Virus record (IMG/VR): IMGVR_UViG_3300034104_004584
Span: 1 to 64,000 of that record
DNA: 64,000 nt
Source of the DNA: a virus
Direction: 5' to 3' (one strand)
This document shows positions 6,268 through 15,727 of this stretch, piece after piece; position 1 is the first letter of the stretch; every line of letters starts with the position of its first letter. The position numbers and the translations under genes are program-made. The notes under the pieces were generated by a model that worked only from the letters and a program-made list of their open reading frames with translations, had not been told where the DNA came from and ran no database searches.

Positions 6268-7234
6268 CTGCAATCTTGACTTTGATCTCTTCAAACATCT
6301 CTAAGTTTTCTCTTAGATTGTTTATAGCGTTTTCTCGCCCTTGCGAAAAGAGCTCACCATTGTAATAAATCCACGCACCTTTTTGCGTAAAGACTCCTTC
6401 GTCCACTGCCACATCAAATACACATCCATACTCATCAATTCCTTTTCCGTAGTAAATATTAAATTCAGTTATCTTCATTGGGGGTGCCATCTTATTTTTT
6501 ATAATTTTGGCTTTTGAGGTAATGCCAATTGGATTACCAGACTTATCTTTGATGTCTTCCTTCTTGCGAATATCAATTCGAACAGAAGCAGCGTACTTCA
6601 AAGCCATGCCACCAGGCGTAGTCTCTGGATTGCCGAACATAACACCAATCTTACTTCTAAGTTGGTTAATAAATATAAGAAGTGTTTTATGCTGATTGGC
6701 TAGTCCAACCAACTTTCTCATTGCTTTGGCCATCATGCGTGCTTGGAGACCCATTTGCTGGGATTCCATCTCACCTTCTAGCTCTGCTTTTGGAATAAGC
6801 GATGCAACAGAGTCAATAACAATAACACCAAGCTCACCAGTTCTAATAAGCTTATCTACAATCTCAAGAGCTTGTTCGCCATAGTCTGGTTGAGCAAGAA
6901 GTAAATCGTCAAGATTAATTCCAACAGCCTGCATATAGACTGGATCTAATGCATGCTCAGCATCTACGTAAGCACATCTAAGTCCTTGCTTTTGTGCTTG
7001 TGCTACAACAGACAGAGCAAGTGTTGACTTGCCAGATGACTCTGGTCCATAGATCTCAACTACTCGACCTCTTGGCAATCCGCCAATTCCAAGAACTCTG
7101 TCTAGTGACATTGCACCTGTTGCTACGGCTGGCCATGGTTCAAATTGTGATGAACCCAATCTCATTACGGAACCTGTTCCGAACTGTCTTTCTATCTGAG
7201 CAATTGCTAGCTCAAGTTGTTTGGATTCATCCAT
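6254..7234 (-). CDS. recA: RecA recombinase (bacterial type)
   Basis: 326 aa; N-terminal LELAIAQIERQFGTGSVMRLG, Walker A GPESSGKST, VIVIDSVASL, NQLRSKIGVMFGNPETTPGG. Confidence 0.93.
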   Translation of the reverse strand: MDESKQLELAIAQIERQFGTGSVMRLGSSQFEPWPAVATGAMSLDRVLGIGGLPRGRVVEIYGPESSGKSTLALSVVAQAQKQGLRCAYVDAEHALDPVYMQAVGINLDDLLLAQPDYGEQALEIVDKLIRTGELGVIVIDSVASLIPKAELEGEMESQQMGLQARMMAKAMRKLVGLANQHKTLLIFINQLRSKIGVMFGNPETTPGGMALKYAASVRIDIRKKEDIKDKSGNPIGITSKAKIIKNKMAPPMKITEFNIYYGKGIDEYGCVFDVAVDEGVFTQKGAWIYYNGELFSQGRENAINNLRENLEMFEEIKVKIADATK

Positions 7235-7430
7235 TGTTAGTGATAACTTCTTTCTTGGTTAGAAGTGATATTTCTTTTTCGACTTCTCTTATCTTAAGGA
7301 TAGTTGCTTCTTGGACATTAATCAACTCAATACGTGATTGATGATCAGATCCTAAGATTTCTTTAGATATTGTTTCTAAAAAATTATATAGTTTACGTAA
7401 GTGTTGTTGCTTTGTGGCTGTAGTGCTCAC
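7227..7430 (-). CDS. hypothetical protein; start uncertain
   Basis: Track ORF 7227..7502 has no ATG; GTG 7430 lies downstream of the putative promoter at 7466..7494; overlaps the recA start. Confidence 0.35.
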   Translation of the reverse strand: MSTTATKQQHLRKLYNFLETISKEILGSDHQSRIELINVQEATILKIREVEKEISLLTKKEVITNNG

Positions 7431-7465
7431 TGTGTCATTCTTTCGTGTATACTGATGGTGCAAGA

Positions 7466-7494
7466 ATAATACCACACAAAAGAAAGATTGGCAA
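7466..7494 (-). promoter_or_regulatory. sigma70-like promoter for the recA operon (TTGCCA-17-TATTAT)
   Basis: Minus-sense -35 TTGCCA (7489..7494), 17-nt spacer, -10 TATTAT (7466..7471). Confidence 0.45.
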
Positions 7495-7495
7495 C

Positions 7496-7648
7496 GTGTC
7501 AAAGAAAATTGAATACAATCCAGACTACATTAGAGCAGTTAAAATTTTAAAGAATAGAATTCACACTCCGGCAGACTTAATTAGGTACTGGGCCTTCTGT
7601 GGCCCATGTATTGAACCACATCCGGCAATTGAAGATATTTCTGAATAA
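7496..7648 (+). CDS. possible small protein (50 aa); weak call
   Basis: Part of track ORF 7445..7648; GTG 7496; sequence looks protein-like but there is no clear RBS and it overlaps the divergent promoter. Confidence 0.25.
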   Translation: MSKKIEYNPDYIRAVKILKNRIHTPADLIRYWAFCGPCIEPHPAIEDISE

Positions 7649-7661
7649 TTTGGTTGCGAAG

Positions 7662-7728
7662 TTGTGTGGGGGATGTATACTGGATATACGAGATCCCTAT
7701 CCTGAAGTGTATACAGTCCTCCACACAA
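7662..7728. promoter_or_regulatory. 12-bp inverted repeat enclosing two GTATAC palindromes
   Basis: ttgtgtggggga (7662..7673) pairs with tcctccacacaa (7717..7728) with one G-U; the loop carries tgtatac at 7674..7680 and 7708..7714. Confidence 0.4.
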
Positions 7729-7797
7729 AGTAAGTTAGTCTAATAATACTAACGTATCCAGATACTTCCTGTTTAAGCATTATTATAATTTTTAAGT

Positions 7798-7807
7798 TAC
7801 TATTACT
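7798..7807 (+). promoter_or_regulatory. TTACTATTAC motif (-10-like) upstream of the Clp-type gene
   Basis: 21 nt upstream of ATG 7828; TATTATAAT also present at 7781..7789. Confidence 0.4.
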
Positions 7808-7827
7808 TGAAAACCAGGAGTAGGCAC

Positions 7828-9318
7828 ATGAAACTGTATCAAATTTACTTTCCAGAACTTGCAGTGTATGTTAAGTTTAAAGTGCTCGATCCTGAAGAAG
7901 TTCAAGGTTTCCTAACTGGATGCTCAGGCATTGAGAACAAGAGTGACTTTGATAAATTTAAAAAAACAGTAATAGATTATTTTATATTTAACTTAAAGAG
8001 TGAAGTTTCTGATGCTCTGCGTATGATGTCTCGTAAAGCAGCAGAGAAATGTATTGCAGCAATGTATTCTGGCTGCGTTATGCTCAATCCCGGTCTTGAC
8101 CTAGATGGATGGATTAATGCAGCATACGATGCCACTAAGTCAACAGATCCATTTTTATTTGATGACGATGACGATGATGACGACGATCTAACATCAAAAG
8201 CTTTTTTGGAAACAATTAAAAACTTTAAAAGAAAGTTCCCAAAGATAGATGAAAATGATTTACCTTTTCCTGAAATCGAAAAGAAGATTAAGCCCGCAAA
8301 GGCTAAACCTATTACTAAGCAAAAATTCTTAGGTTTACAGCATCATCTACAAAACAGCATTATTGGTCAAGACGATGCAGTGATAACAATAGTCGATGCT
8401 TTAAGAAGATCTCAAGCAGGATTAAATGACGAAAACAGACCAATAGGAGTTTTCCTTTTTGCTGGGTCTTCTGGCGTAGGTAAAACTCATTTGGCAAATG
8501 CTTTGCACAAGTATTTGTTTGGTGGAGACAATCCAATGGTAAGAATCGACTGTGGAGAGTTTCAACATAAGCATGAGAATCAAAAATTGATTGGATCCCC
8601 ACCTGGATATGTTGGCCACGATGAAGGCGGACAATTAGTTAATACCGTTAAAAAAAATCCAAATACAGTTGTTTTATTAGATGAAGTAGAAAAAGCTCAC
8701 CCTGATCTTTGGAATACTTTTTTAAGAGTATTTGATGACGGAGTTTTAACAGACGCAAAGGGTGAAGTAGTAGACTTTAGGAATACAGTTATTATTATGA
8801 CAACCAATCTTGGTAACGACAAAACTACAGCCAACTTATTGTCCGGTGGAGCAGGCTTTACTAAAAACGTAGGTTATAAAACAAAAACTAAAGAAACTCC
8901 TAATAGAGAAATCATCGAAAGAAATACTAACGATGCAATTAAAAAACACTTTAAGCCAGAGTTTTTAAATAGAATTGATAAAACTATTATTTTTAATTAT
9001 CTTTCAGAAGAAGACTGCAAGAAGATAGCACAAATAGAAATGTCAATTGTTGGAGAAAAGCTAAATAAAAAAGGTTACTCATTTAGATATACAGACGAAA
9101 TTATAGACCTTTTAATAGGTGAGGGCATAGATTCAGTAAAAGGTGCAAGAGGATTATCTCAAGTAAGAAGAGAAAAGATAGAAGACCCAATTGCTAAGCT
9201 TATAATTGATAAGTCAACACCAAGAGGAAGTATATTCGATATAGACTTTAAAGAAGGCAAAGTCAGAACAACTATAATAAAGCCAGATAAAAAAGAAGTT
9301 TTAACAAAAGAAATTTAG
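7828..9318 (+). CDS. Clp/Hsp100-family AAA+ ATPase (single ClpA/ClpB D2-like module) with a phage-specific N-terminal domain
   Basis: ATG 7828 with AGGAG RBS; GQDDAV..ALRRSQAGL, Walker A GSSGVGKT, LIGSPPGYVGHDEGG, Walker B VVLLDEVEKAH, DDGVLTD, IIMTTNLG. Confidence 0.85.
   Translation: MKLYQIYFPELAVYVKFKVLDPEEVQGFLTGCSGIENKSDFDKFKKTVIDYFIFNLKSEVSDALRMMSRKAAEKCIAAMYSGCVMLNPGLDLDGWINAAYDATKSTDPFLFDDDDDDDDDLTSKAFLETIKNFKRKFPKIDENDLPFPEIEKKIKPAKAKPITKQKFLGLQHHLQNSIIGQDDAVITIVDALRRSQAGLNDENRPIGVFLFAGSSGVGKTHLANALHKYLFGGDNPMVRIDCGEFQHKHENQKLIGSPPGYVGHDEGGQLVNTVKKNPNTVVLLDEVEKAHPDLWNTFLRVFDDGVLTDAKGEVVDFRNTVIIMTTNLGNDKTTANLLSGGAGFTKNVGYKTKTKETPNREIIERNTNDAIKKHFKPEFLNRIDKTIIFNYLSEEDCKKIAQIEMSIVGEKLNKKGYSFRYTDEIIDLLIGEGIDSVKGARGLSQVRREKIEDPIAKLIIDKSTPRGSIFDIDFKEGKVRTTIIKPDKKEVLTKEI
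8161..8187 (+). repeat. poly-Asp (D x9) linker inside the Clp-type ATPase
   Basis: gat/gac x9 read directly. Confidence 0.9.
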
Positions 9319-9328
9319 TTACTATTAT
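9319..9328 (+). promoter_or_regulatory. TTACTATTAT motif (-10-like)
   Basis: 25 nt upstream of ATG 9353; followed by AGGAG RBS. Confidence 0.4.
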
Positions 9329-9352
9329 ATTGAAAAGAATAGGAGACCCATT

Positions 9353-9577
9353 ATGCCTATGATACCAAAATCTGTAAGTACAGGTGTCAAAAACTTTACA
9401 AACAATCTATCAACTCAAGGATTAGGCTCCGCTGTGCGAAGCAGTGTAGGAAGTAATCCATACAGAAAAGGTGCAGCCGCAGCAGGAGCCGTAGTTGGAG
9501 CAGGCGCATTAATGAGAAGAAGGAAGTCAGGCCTTGATTCAACGCCTGGAAGACCTACCGGAATGAGACAGTACTAA
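9353..9577 (+). CDS. small basic Gly/Ala-rich protein
   Basis: Track ORF; AGGAG RBS; AAAAGAVVGAGALM hydrophobic stretch. Confidence 0.55.
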   Translation: MPMIPKSVSTGVKNFTNNLSTQGLGSAVRSSVGSNPYRKGAAAAGAVVGAGALMRRRKSGLDSTPGRPTGMRQY

Positions 9578-9578
9578 T

Positions 9579-9881
9579 ATGCCTGGAGTTTTTGGTAAAG
9601 GTATGGCATCTATTGGTGGTATGACCAATAAGTTGCTAAAAGGAAGTAGTGGATACAACGCTGCCATTAGAGCAACTAGAGGTTCGATGCCTGTAGGTAT
9701 GAGAGGGTCAATAGCTGACACTGCGTATCAAATGAATTTAAAAACTGGAAGAAAAGTAGCTGGAGCAGGGATTGGAATTGCTGGAATGGGAATGGCAAAC
9801 AGAAGTGGTTCTGGAGCTAGAGGTGGATATCAACCCAGAAGATCAGTAGTACCAGTTCCTCAAAACGGAATGCCGATGTAA
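9579..9881 (+). CDS. small basic Gly-rich protein
   Basis: Track ORF; tightly packed after 9353..9577. Confidence 0.55.
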   Translation: MPGVFGKGMASIGGMTNKLLKGSSGYNAAIRATRGSMPVGMRGSIADTAYQMNLKTGRKVAGAGIGIAGMGMANRSGSGARGGYQPRRSVVPVPQNGMPM

Positions 9882-9883
9882 CC

Positions 9884-10294
9884 ATGAGTAATTGGGAAAG
9901 TTTTATTAATGAGTCTGGCGATTTTGAGCTGCCAAACTTTTTATATAAAACTATAAATGATTTAATGAAACAATCTTTAGATATGGGAACGCTTTTGTCT
10001 AGTGATCAACATAAGTTGAGGGCTTATAAAGAGCAAACAAAAAAAATGTTTAAAGCTAGATGGTATGAAATAGCAAAAGCTTTAGAGTTTTTTAATATAA
10101 TAGACCCTTGTATTTGTTCTTTAAATGAAAAAGAAATTTATTGTGATGTATGCAAGGGTGCAAGATTTACAATAAGCTCAACTCTTACAGCTGATCAGAT
10201 GAAAGAAGTAGGAGTATTCACTAACGCAGCCAACAATGTAGAGATTATTCAAAAGCTTCAAAAAAGCCTCAATGAAATATTGATGGACCAATAA
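9884..10294 (+). CDS. hypothetical protein with a CxxCxGxR zinc-finger-like motif
   Basis: Track ORF; CICS...CDVCKGAR. Confidence 0.55.
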   Translation: MSNWESFINESGDFELPNFLYKTINDLMKQSLDMGTLLSSDQHKLRAYKEQTKKMFKARWYEIAKALEFFNIIDPCICSLNEKEIYCDVCKGARFTISSTLTADQMKEVGVFTNAANNVEIIQKLQKSLNEILMDQ

Positions 10295-10295
10295 T

Positions 10296-10469
10296 GTGCA
10301 ATGCCCAAGGTGTAACTATAAGCTAGAAAATATTGTAGAATATATAACTGAAGATGAAGATTATATTTTCACAAGACAATATTATTGTAGCAATTGCAAA
10401 AGCGGACTTACCGAACACTTTGATAAGGTAGGCCTATTTAGATCAGAGTGGATTGATTTTAATGTCTAA
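10296..10469 (+). CDS. zinc-ribbon mini-protein (57 aa, CPRC...CSNC)
   Basis: Not in track; GTG 10296 one nt after the preceding stop; its end overlaps the next ATG (ATGTCTAA). Confidence 0.45.
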   Translation: MQCPRCNYKLENIVEYITEDEDYIFTRQYYCSNCKSGLTEHFDKVGLFRSEWIDFNV

Positions 10470-11196
10470 TATAGAAAAGTCAGATGACAAAAATGGTTTT
10501 ATGAAAAACTTTGAATCCTTAAGACCAGATCTGTTCTTTCCAGAACATTGGTCTGAAGAAGAAGTTAGTAAAGCTAATGAATTAGTAAGACCGCAAAGAA
10601 CTAGAAGTTCAATGTTTGCGTCCATACCAATGAACTGCGAAGCAGAAAAATGCGTATTCGCAGCAACGTGTCCTCTACTAAAAGAAAATGTAGCACCAAG
10701 AAACAAACCATGTCCTATTGAGATGTCAATGGTAGCACAGTTTACTTCTGAATATTTAGATCAGTTAGACGTAAATCCAAACAACCTAGTTGAGGTTTCT
10801 ATGGTTAGAGATCTTGTTGATCAAGAAGTTCAGTATTTGCGCAAAACAAAGCTTCTCGCTAAAGAGCACTTTATTCAAGAAAACGTTATAGGAGTTGATC
10901 AAGATGGTCAACCTATTCTGAAGAAAGAACTACACCTAGCAGTAGAACTTGAAGACAAGCTTCATAAGAGAAGAAAAGATTTAAGAAATCAACTTCTTGC
11001 GACAAGAGAAGCAAAAGCAAAAGTTGGTCAAGTTCAATTGGATACCGCTCAAGCAATATCTGATATTATCTCTAAGGTTCAGTCTCTTGAAACTCAAAGA
11101 GAAAAACTTCTTAAACAAAAACTTGGAACATACGAAGTAGACGAATACATTGAGGCTCAAGAATTGGAAAAAGGCCAGGAAGTAGAGAATGAGTAG
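10462..11196 (+). CDS. hypothetical Cys-cluster plus coiled-coil protein
   Basis: Track ORF trimmed to ATG 10462; NCEAEKCVFAATCP...CPIE, then a long helical K/E-rich tail. Confidence 0.55.
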   Translation: MSNIEKSDDKNGFMKNFESLRPDLFFPEHWSEEEVSKANELVRPQRTRSSMFASIPMNCEAEKCVFAATCPLLKENVAPRNKPCPIEMSMVAQFTSEYLDQLDVNPNNLVEVSMVRDLVDQEVQYLRKTKLLAKEHFIQENVIGVDQDGQPILKKELHLAVELEDKLHKRRKDLRNQLLATREAKAKVGQVQLDTAQAISDIISKVQSLETQREKLLKQKLGTYEVDEYIEAQELEKGQEVENE

Positions 11197-14100
11197 GTAT
11201 AGCAATTTACGTGACACATACGCTAGATTGTTTTATGGTGGCACGCCTACCCCAGATCAGTTAACTGATATAGAAGCACGCATTGCTAGAAATGCAGAGC
11301 TTCCTAAGAATCTTGTTGCAATGAGAGGCGTTGCTGCAAGAATGAAACCAGAAGCTGATATTCTTGCAGAGTTAGCTGATTTTCAATCAGAGTTTATGGA
11401 AGCAGTTCAACAAGAAATAGATCTTGGTCTTGCAAGTAAAGAAAGATTAAGAACACTAGAATATGCCATGAAATCTCCGACAATGAATCTTCAAGTAATT
11501 TCAAACACTGAAGTTAGAAGACGACTGGATGATCAATTTCAATCGATAATAAGAGGTACACGGAGCTTTTCAAAACTTTGGACTACCATCAGTATCCGTT
11601 CCTTCTGGAAACCCCAGAAGAGCAACAGGATATATGAACACTATTGGTGACGGTGGAGTTTTGGATGTTTTATTTAGTGGTAGAGCAGTATCTATAGACA
11701 CAACAAAAGAAGGTCTTAAAGAACAGGGATTAAGAATGGGTACCTCAAACATACCCACGGTTGAATATCTCCAAAGGTCAGCTGCAAGAACTGATCCGTC
11801 GCAAATAGTTCAAGAAGCAATAGATTCAGGAAGAAAAATAAAATTCTTAGCAGCAGACATTGAGACTGGTGGAGTTGGTCCTTTTGACTTAGCTAGATCT
11901 GTAGCAGCTCAAACTTACGAACTTCCTACTGATAGACCAGGAGCAACGGTAGATGATGTATTGTCAGCCATCGGCACTCAAAGGGGCTTAACTTCTAATA
12001 AGATTGACTTTCACATGCTTCTGCCAGAAATGCAAACAATAACTTCTGGTCAAAGAGGAACTTCTTCAGCTCCCTTGGGTTTAAGAACTGCCATGAAAGA
12101 ATCTGGATTTAACCCAGATAGAATTATGGACTTAGCTACACCACAGGGAAGGCAAGCTGCAGCACGAAGCTATGAAGAACTATTTACACAAATAGTAGAT
12201 CCGGATACATTTTTAGTAGGAAACAATATAGCAGGATTTGACATACCTAAATTATTGTCTAGCGCAGCGTCATTAGAAGAATTTACTTCCGACTCATCAA
12301 GAGCTCAATTATTAGAATTAGTTGCAGAAAAAGCTAATAGTGACAAAGTTATAGATGTTACAGATGTTGCTGGTAGACATTTATTTGGAAGACTACAAGC
12401 TTTACAAGCCGCTGGAGGAAGTGTAGAAGAAATTATAGAAAGATCTACTTTAAATTTATTGTCTCCAGAAACTCTTTTGAAAGCAGGAATTGAAGGCGAA
12501 GGTGTAAAGCCTAGAAGTATTGAAAGCATTGTTTTGTCATCAAACCTCTTGGAAAGATTGGCTGAAAGTGGACCTGAAGGAAGAAGAGCAATTCAACAAT
12601 TAGCTAGCGGTAACCACGTTGCAGATATCGACCAGTTTATGTCTATGTCTATTTTGAGAGAAGTTTTTTCTGATAACTTAGATTTATTAAGTGTAGAAAA
12701 TAGAGGAATAATACCAGATGCAGCAACACTTGGAATAACTGAAACAGAAAGAGATACATTAGTATCAAATATTGGTTCAGCAAGAGTTGCTGTTAATCGA
12801 GCTGCAGCAGTTGTTCCAACAGCTAATATTGCAAGCGTAGATGAAATATCGGATCAGGTATTTGGATTCTTAATGAGCTCAGATTCAGATGAAATGTTAT
12901 CTGGTTTTGAGGGACTGCAAGCAGGTGCAAGAGTCAAAGATGTAAACTTTGCACGGAGAAACAACTGGCTATATTCAGTATAATAAAAATGCTGGAAAGT
13001 TTGAAGTAATAAATATAGAAACCGGTTTACCAGGAAGAAATATTACACCAGATGAAGCACGACACGCAATAAGAAGTGCTATACAATTTGACGAAACTAA
13101 TAGATTAAATAGAGAATCTGCAATAGCTGCAGGAACTCCTCTTCCTCCTCAAGTTGAACCAAGAGTTTTGTCTTTGGGAATAAACCAAACTCAAGCTAGT
13201 CAAATGGAGAGTACATTAAGATACATATCTGATACTACAGGAATTGGAACGTCTGTTAGAGCAACGGGTATGGAAGCCGCTCTTGCTACAGAAGCTGGAC
13301 AAGAAGCTTTTATAGAGTCAATGTCAGCTACAAGAAGATTTACAGGAATGCCACATCTTCAGGAACAACCAAGTCTAGTAAGTAGATTAATCTCACCCAC
13401 TATGAGAGGAAGATTTGATGTTCCTACAGAAGCAGCTGCAAGACAAGCTAGTCAGGCTTTACATTTGGGCGGAGCTGGATTAGCTATGATGGATCAATCT
13501 TTAAGATCTAACTTTGTTGCAATTTCATCACTAACAAGCAATTTAGCTTTTGAAGGAGGAAATCAAAGAGGAGCATTGAGAATAGCAGAAGCTGTTAAGA
13601 GAGCAGAAAATCCTGCAATAACAGAAGCTGAAATGACTGCACATTTATCTAGCTTAACAAAAGAACAAATAGACTCCCTGAACACAAGAGCACTTCAAAT
13701 GGTTGACTACACTTCTGAAATGGGTGTTTCATCAGCTAAAGTTACTAGATCAACTTCATTAATAACAATGGGTGGCCCAAATGCAATGACTGTTGGAAAA
13801 CCAAGAATATCTCAATCGTTTTTAAGAGAGATGAGAGTTATGGAGGTCGCATCAATTCCTGGAGTGCCTGCTAGTTCTATTCCAGTTAGTACCAGTTTTT
13901 TAGATTCTCAATTCTATAAAGTTTCAGGTTTAAATAGAGCACACCTTTCAATTGTGGACGAAGCAATTGACTCACAAAATATAGTTAACGTAGTAATGGG
14001 CAGTGGTTCTATGAACAGAAGCAATGCAGAAACTTTTGCTATGTCAGTAACTGATGTAGTAAGAGGAAAATATACAACTGGAGCTAACTTAGATGAACTA

Positions 14101-14934
14101 GTTGAACAGGGTTTTGCGTCAAGTAGACAAGAAGCTGACTATTTGTATAACTTAGTTCAAGCAGGAGATGAAGAAAGATTAGCAAGAGAATTTACTAACC
14201 CATTAGCTGAAAGACTAATGGACTCAGGTCCAGTTATTGGAAGCATTGAGGGAGAAGCAGGAAAAGGCGTAAAAGCAGTAATACACAGTATGTCAGGAAC
14301 TGCGGGAAATGATAGAATAGCAATTCAAAGAGGGTTGCAATTTGATATTGCACAAATGGATGATGAAACTGTTTCTATAACAGCAGCACTAGATAGATCT
14401 GCTATAGCCCAAGCACAAAGTGCTAGCTCTGTAGTAGGTGACGCAATTACTGCAGAAAGTGGAGCGTCTCAATTAGCAGCTCAAACAACTGTTTTAGCAA
14501 AAGCAGAAACAGACAAAGGTTTTAGATCTATGTTAGGAAATGCACTAGGTAGATATGGTGTTGATAGCGGAATTGGTGGAACAAGACACGGTGCAGGAAG
14601 ACTTGCTAGAAACCAAAAAATAATTGAAATGACAAAAAAAGCAAAACCTTATGTTTATAAGGGAGGATTAGCTGTAGCTGCCTTTAGTGCTGGTTACTAT
14701 TTAGCTAGAAGAAACAGAGAAAATTCTTTGTATGACGAAACAATGCATCAGCAACCAGCAGAAAGACCTGGACTTATACAACAAGCTAATCTAGGTATGC
14801 AGCAAAATACTGATATTAGCAGCACAAGAAGAGATCCTCTTGTAACTTCTGGAGTTGTTGGTAATTTAGATCGAAATAAAATAGGACACACAGGTATGGG
14901 TCCCAATAAATACAATCACCTATTCGGAGCTTAA
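11189..14934 (+). CDS. large (about 1247 aa) protein with a DEDDh 3'-5' exonuclease domain; continuous only with two +1 frame changes
   Basis: Track ORFs 11189..11650, 11634..12983 and 12949..14934 join if the frame moves +1 at CGG 11561 and CGG 12954. Exo motifs FLAADIETGG, GNNIAGFDIPKL, HVADIDQF; C-terminal TM-like GGLAVAAFSAGYYLA. Confidence 0.5.
11558..11564 (+). other. candidate +1 recoding site ACA-CGG-A
   Basis: Zero-frame CGG; +1 frame open from 11553 into ORF 11634. Confidence 0.5.
12951..12957 (+). other. candidate +1 recoding site GCA-CGG-A
   Basis: Zero-frame CGG; zero frame stops 9 codons later; +1 GGA is codon 3 of track ORF 12949. Confidence 0.5.
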
Positions 14935-14936
14935 AA

Positions 14937-15725
14937 ATGGCAATACCAGCATCTGTTTTATCACAGGGACAAAACCTATTAGACCTTGGAAGAAAGATAA
15001 TAGGCCCAAGTGGTTCTATGCAAAGAAAATTAGTTGCAGGAGGAGCTCTTGGTGCAATAGGCCTAAAAGGAATGGCAGACGTAGTTCTTCCAGGAGCCAG
15101 AGACGCAGCTTTAGACCTTGCTTTTGATGATCCAAACGCTGATGAAAAAATACTTGGCACAAAACTTAGCCCTAGCATGCTTGTTGGAGGAGCACTTCCT
15201 GGTCAGGCAAATGCAGGAGTCGTAGCTGGTTCAACAATAACTGGAGCAGCAGGCGGAGCTTACTTAGGAAGAAAGTTCGGAGCAGCTGGAATGGTAGTTG
15301 GAGGTTTAGCCGGAGCAATGACTGGTGGATATGGTTCAGCTTTAGCTACTGGTGGAGCTGGAGCAATGGCTAGAGGTATGAATCCAACAAGATTTGGAGG
15401 CATTGATGGATCCACCGTTGGTGCTGCTGCGCAGACAACTTTTATTGGATCCGGAGTTGGTTCTATAGCAGGTGCAGCGTATGGATTTAAAAAGCGTGGA
15501 ATCAAAGGAGCAATATATGGTTCAGCAATTGGAGGCGTTGTCGGTGCAATACCTGGTGCAATTGGAGTTGGAGGATCGGCATCTTTTGCATATCAAGCAG
15601 CTAGAGATAATGCTCAAATATTAAGTGAGTCACCATTTTACAACTCTTCTTTAATGACGGCAGACAGACTAAATGCAAGTGGGGATATCGTCCTCGGTGC
15701 CCACAACACCAGGAGAGGTAGATAG
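14937..15725 (+). CDS. Gly/Ala-rich glycine-zipper protein
   Basis: Track ORF; repeated GxxxG/GAxG runs (GGLAGAMTGGYGSALATGGAGA...). Confidence 0.55.
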   Translation: MAIPASVLSQGQNLLDLGRKIIGPSGSMQRKLVAGGALGAIGLKGMADVVLPGARDAALDLAFDDPNADEKILGTKLSPSMLVGGALPGQANAGVVAGSTITGAAGGAYLGRKFGAAGMVVGGLAGAMTGGYGSALATGGAGAMARGMNPTRFGGIDGSTVGAAAQTTFIGSGVGSIAGAAYGFKKRGIKGAIYGSAIGGVVGAIPGAIGVGGSASFAYQAARDNAQILSESPFYNSSLMTADRLNASGDIVLGAHNTRRGR

Positions 15726-15727
15726 TC

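Noticed and set aside
8161-8187. The poly-Asp codon run as a hypervariable slippage tract
   Set aside because: The gat/gac codons are mixed and form only nine triplets. This is more consistent with a selected acidic linker than with a contingency locus.
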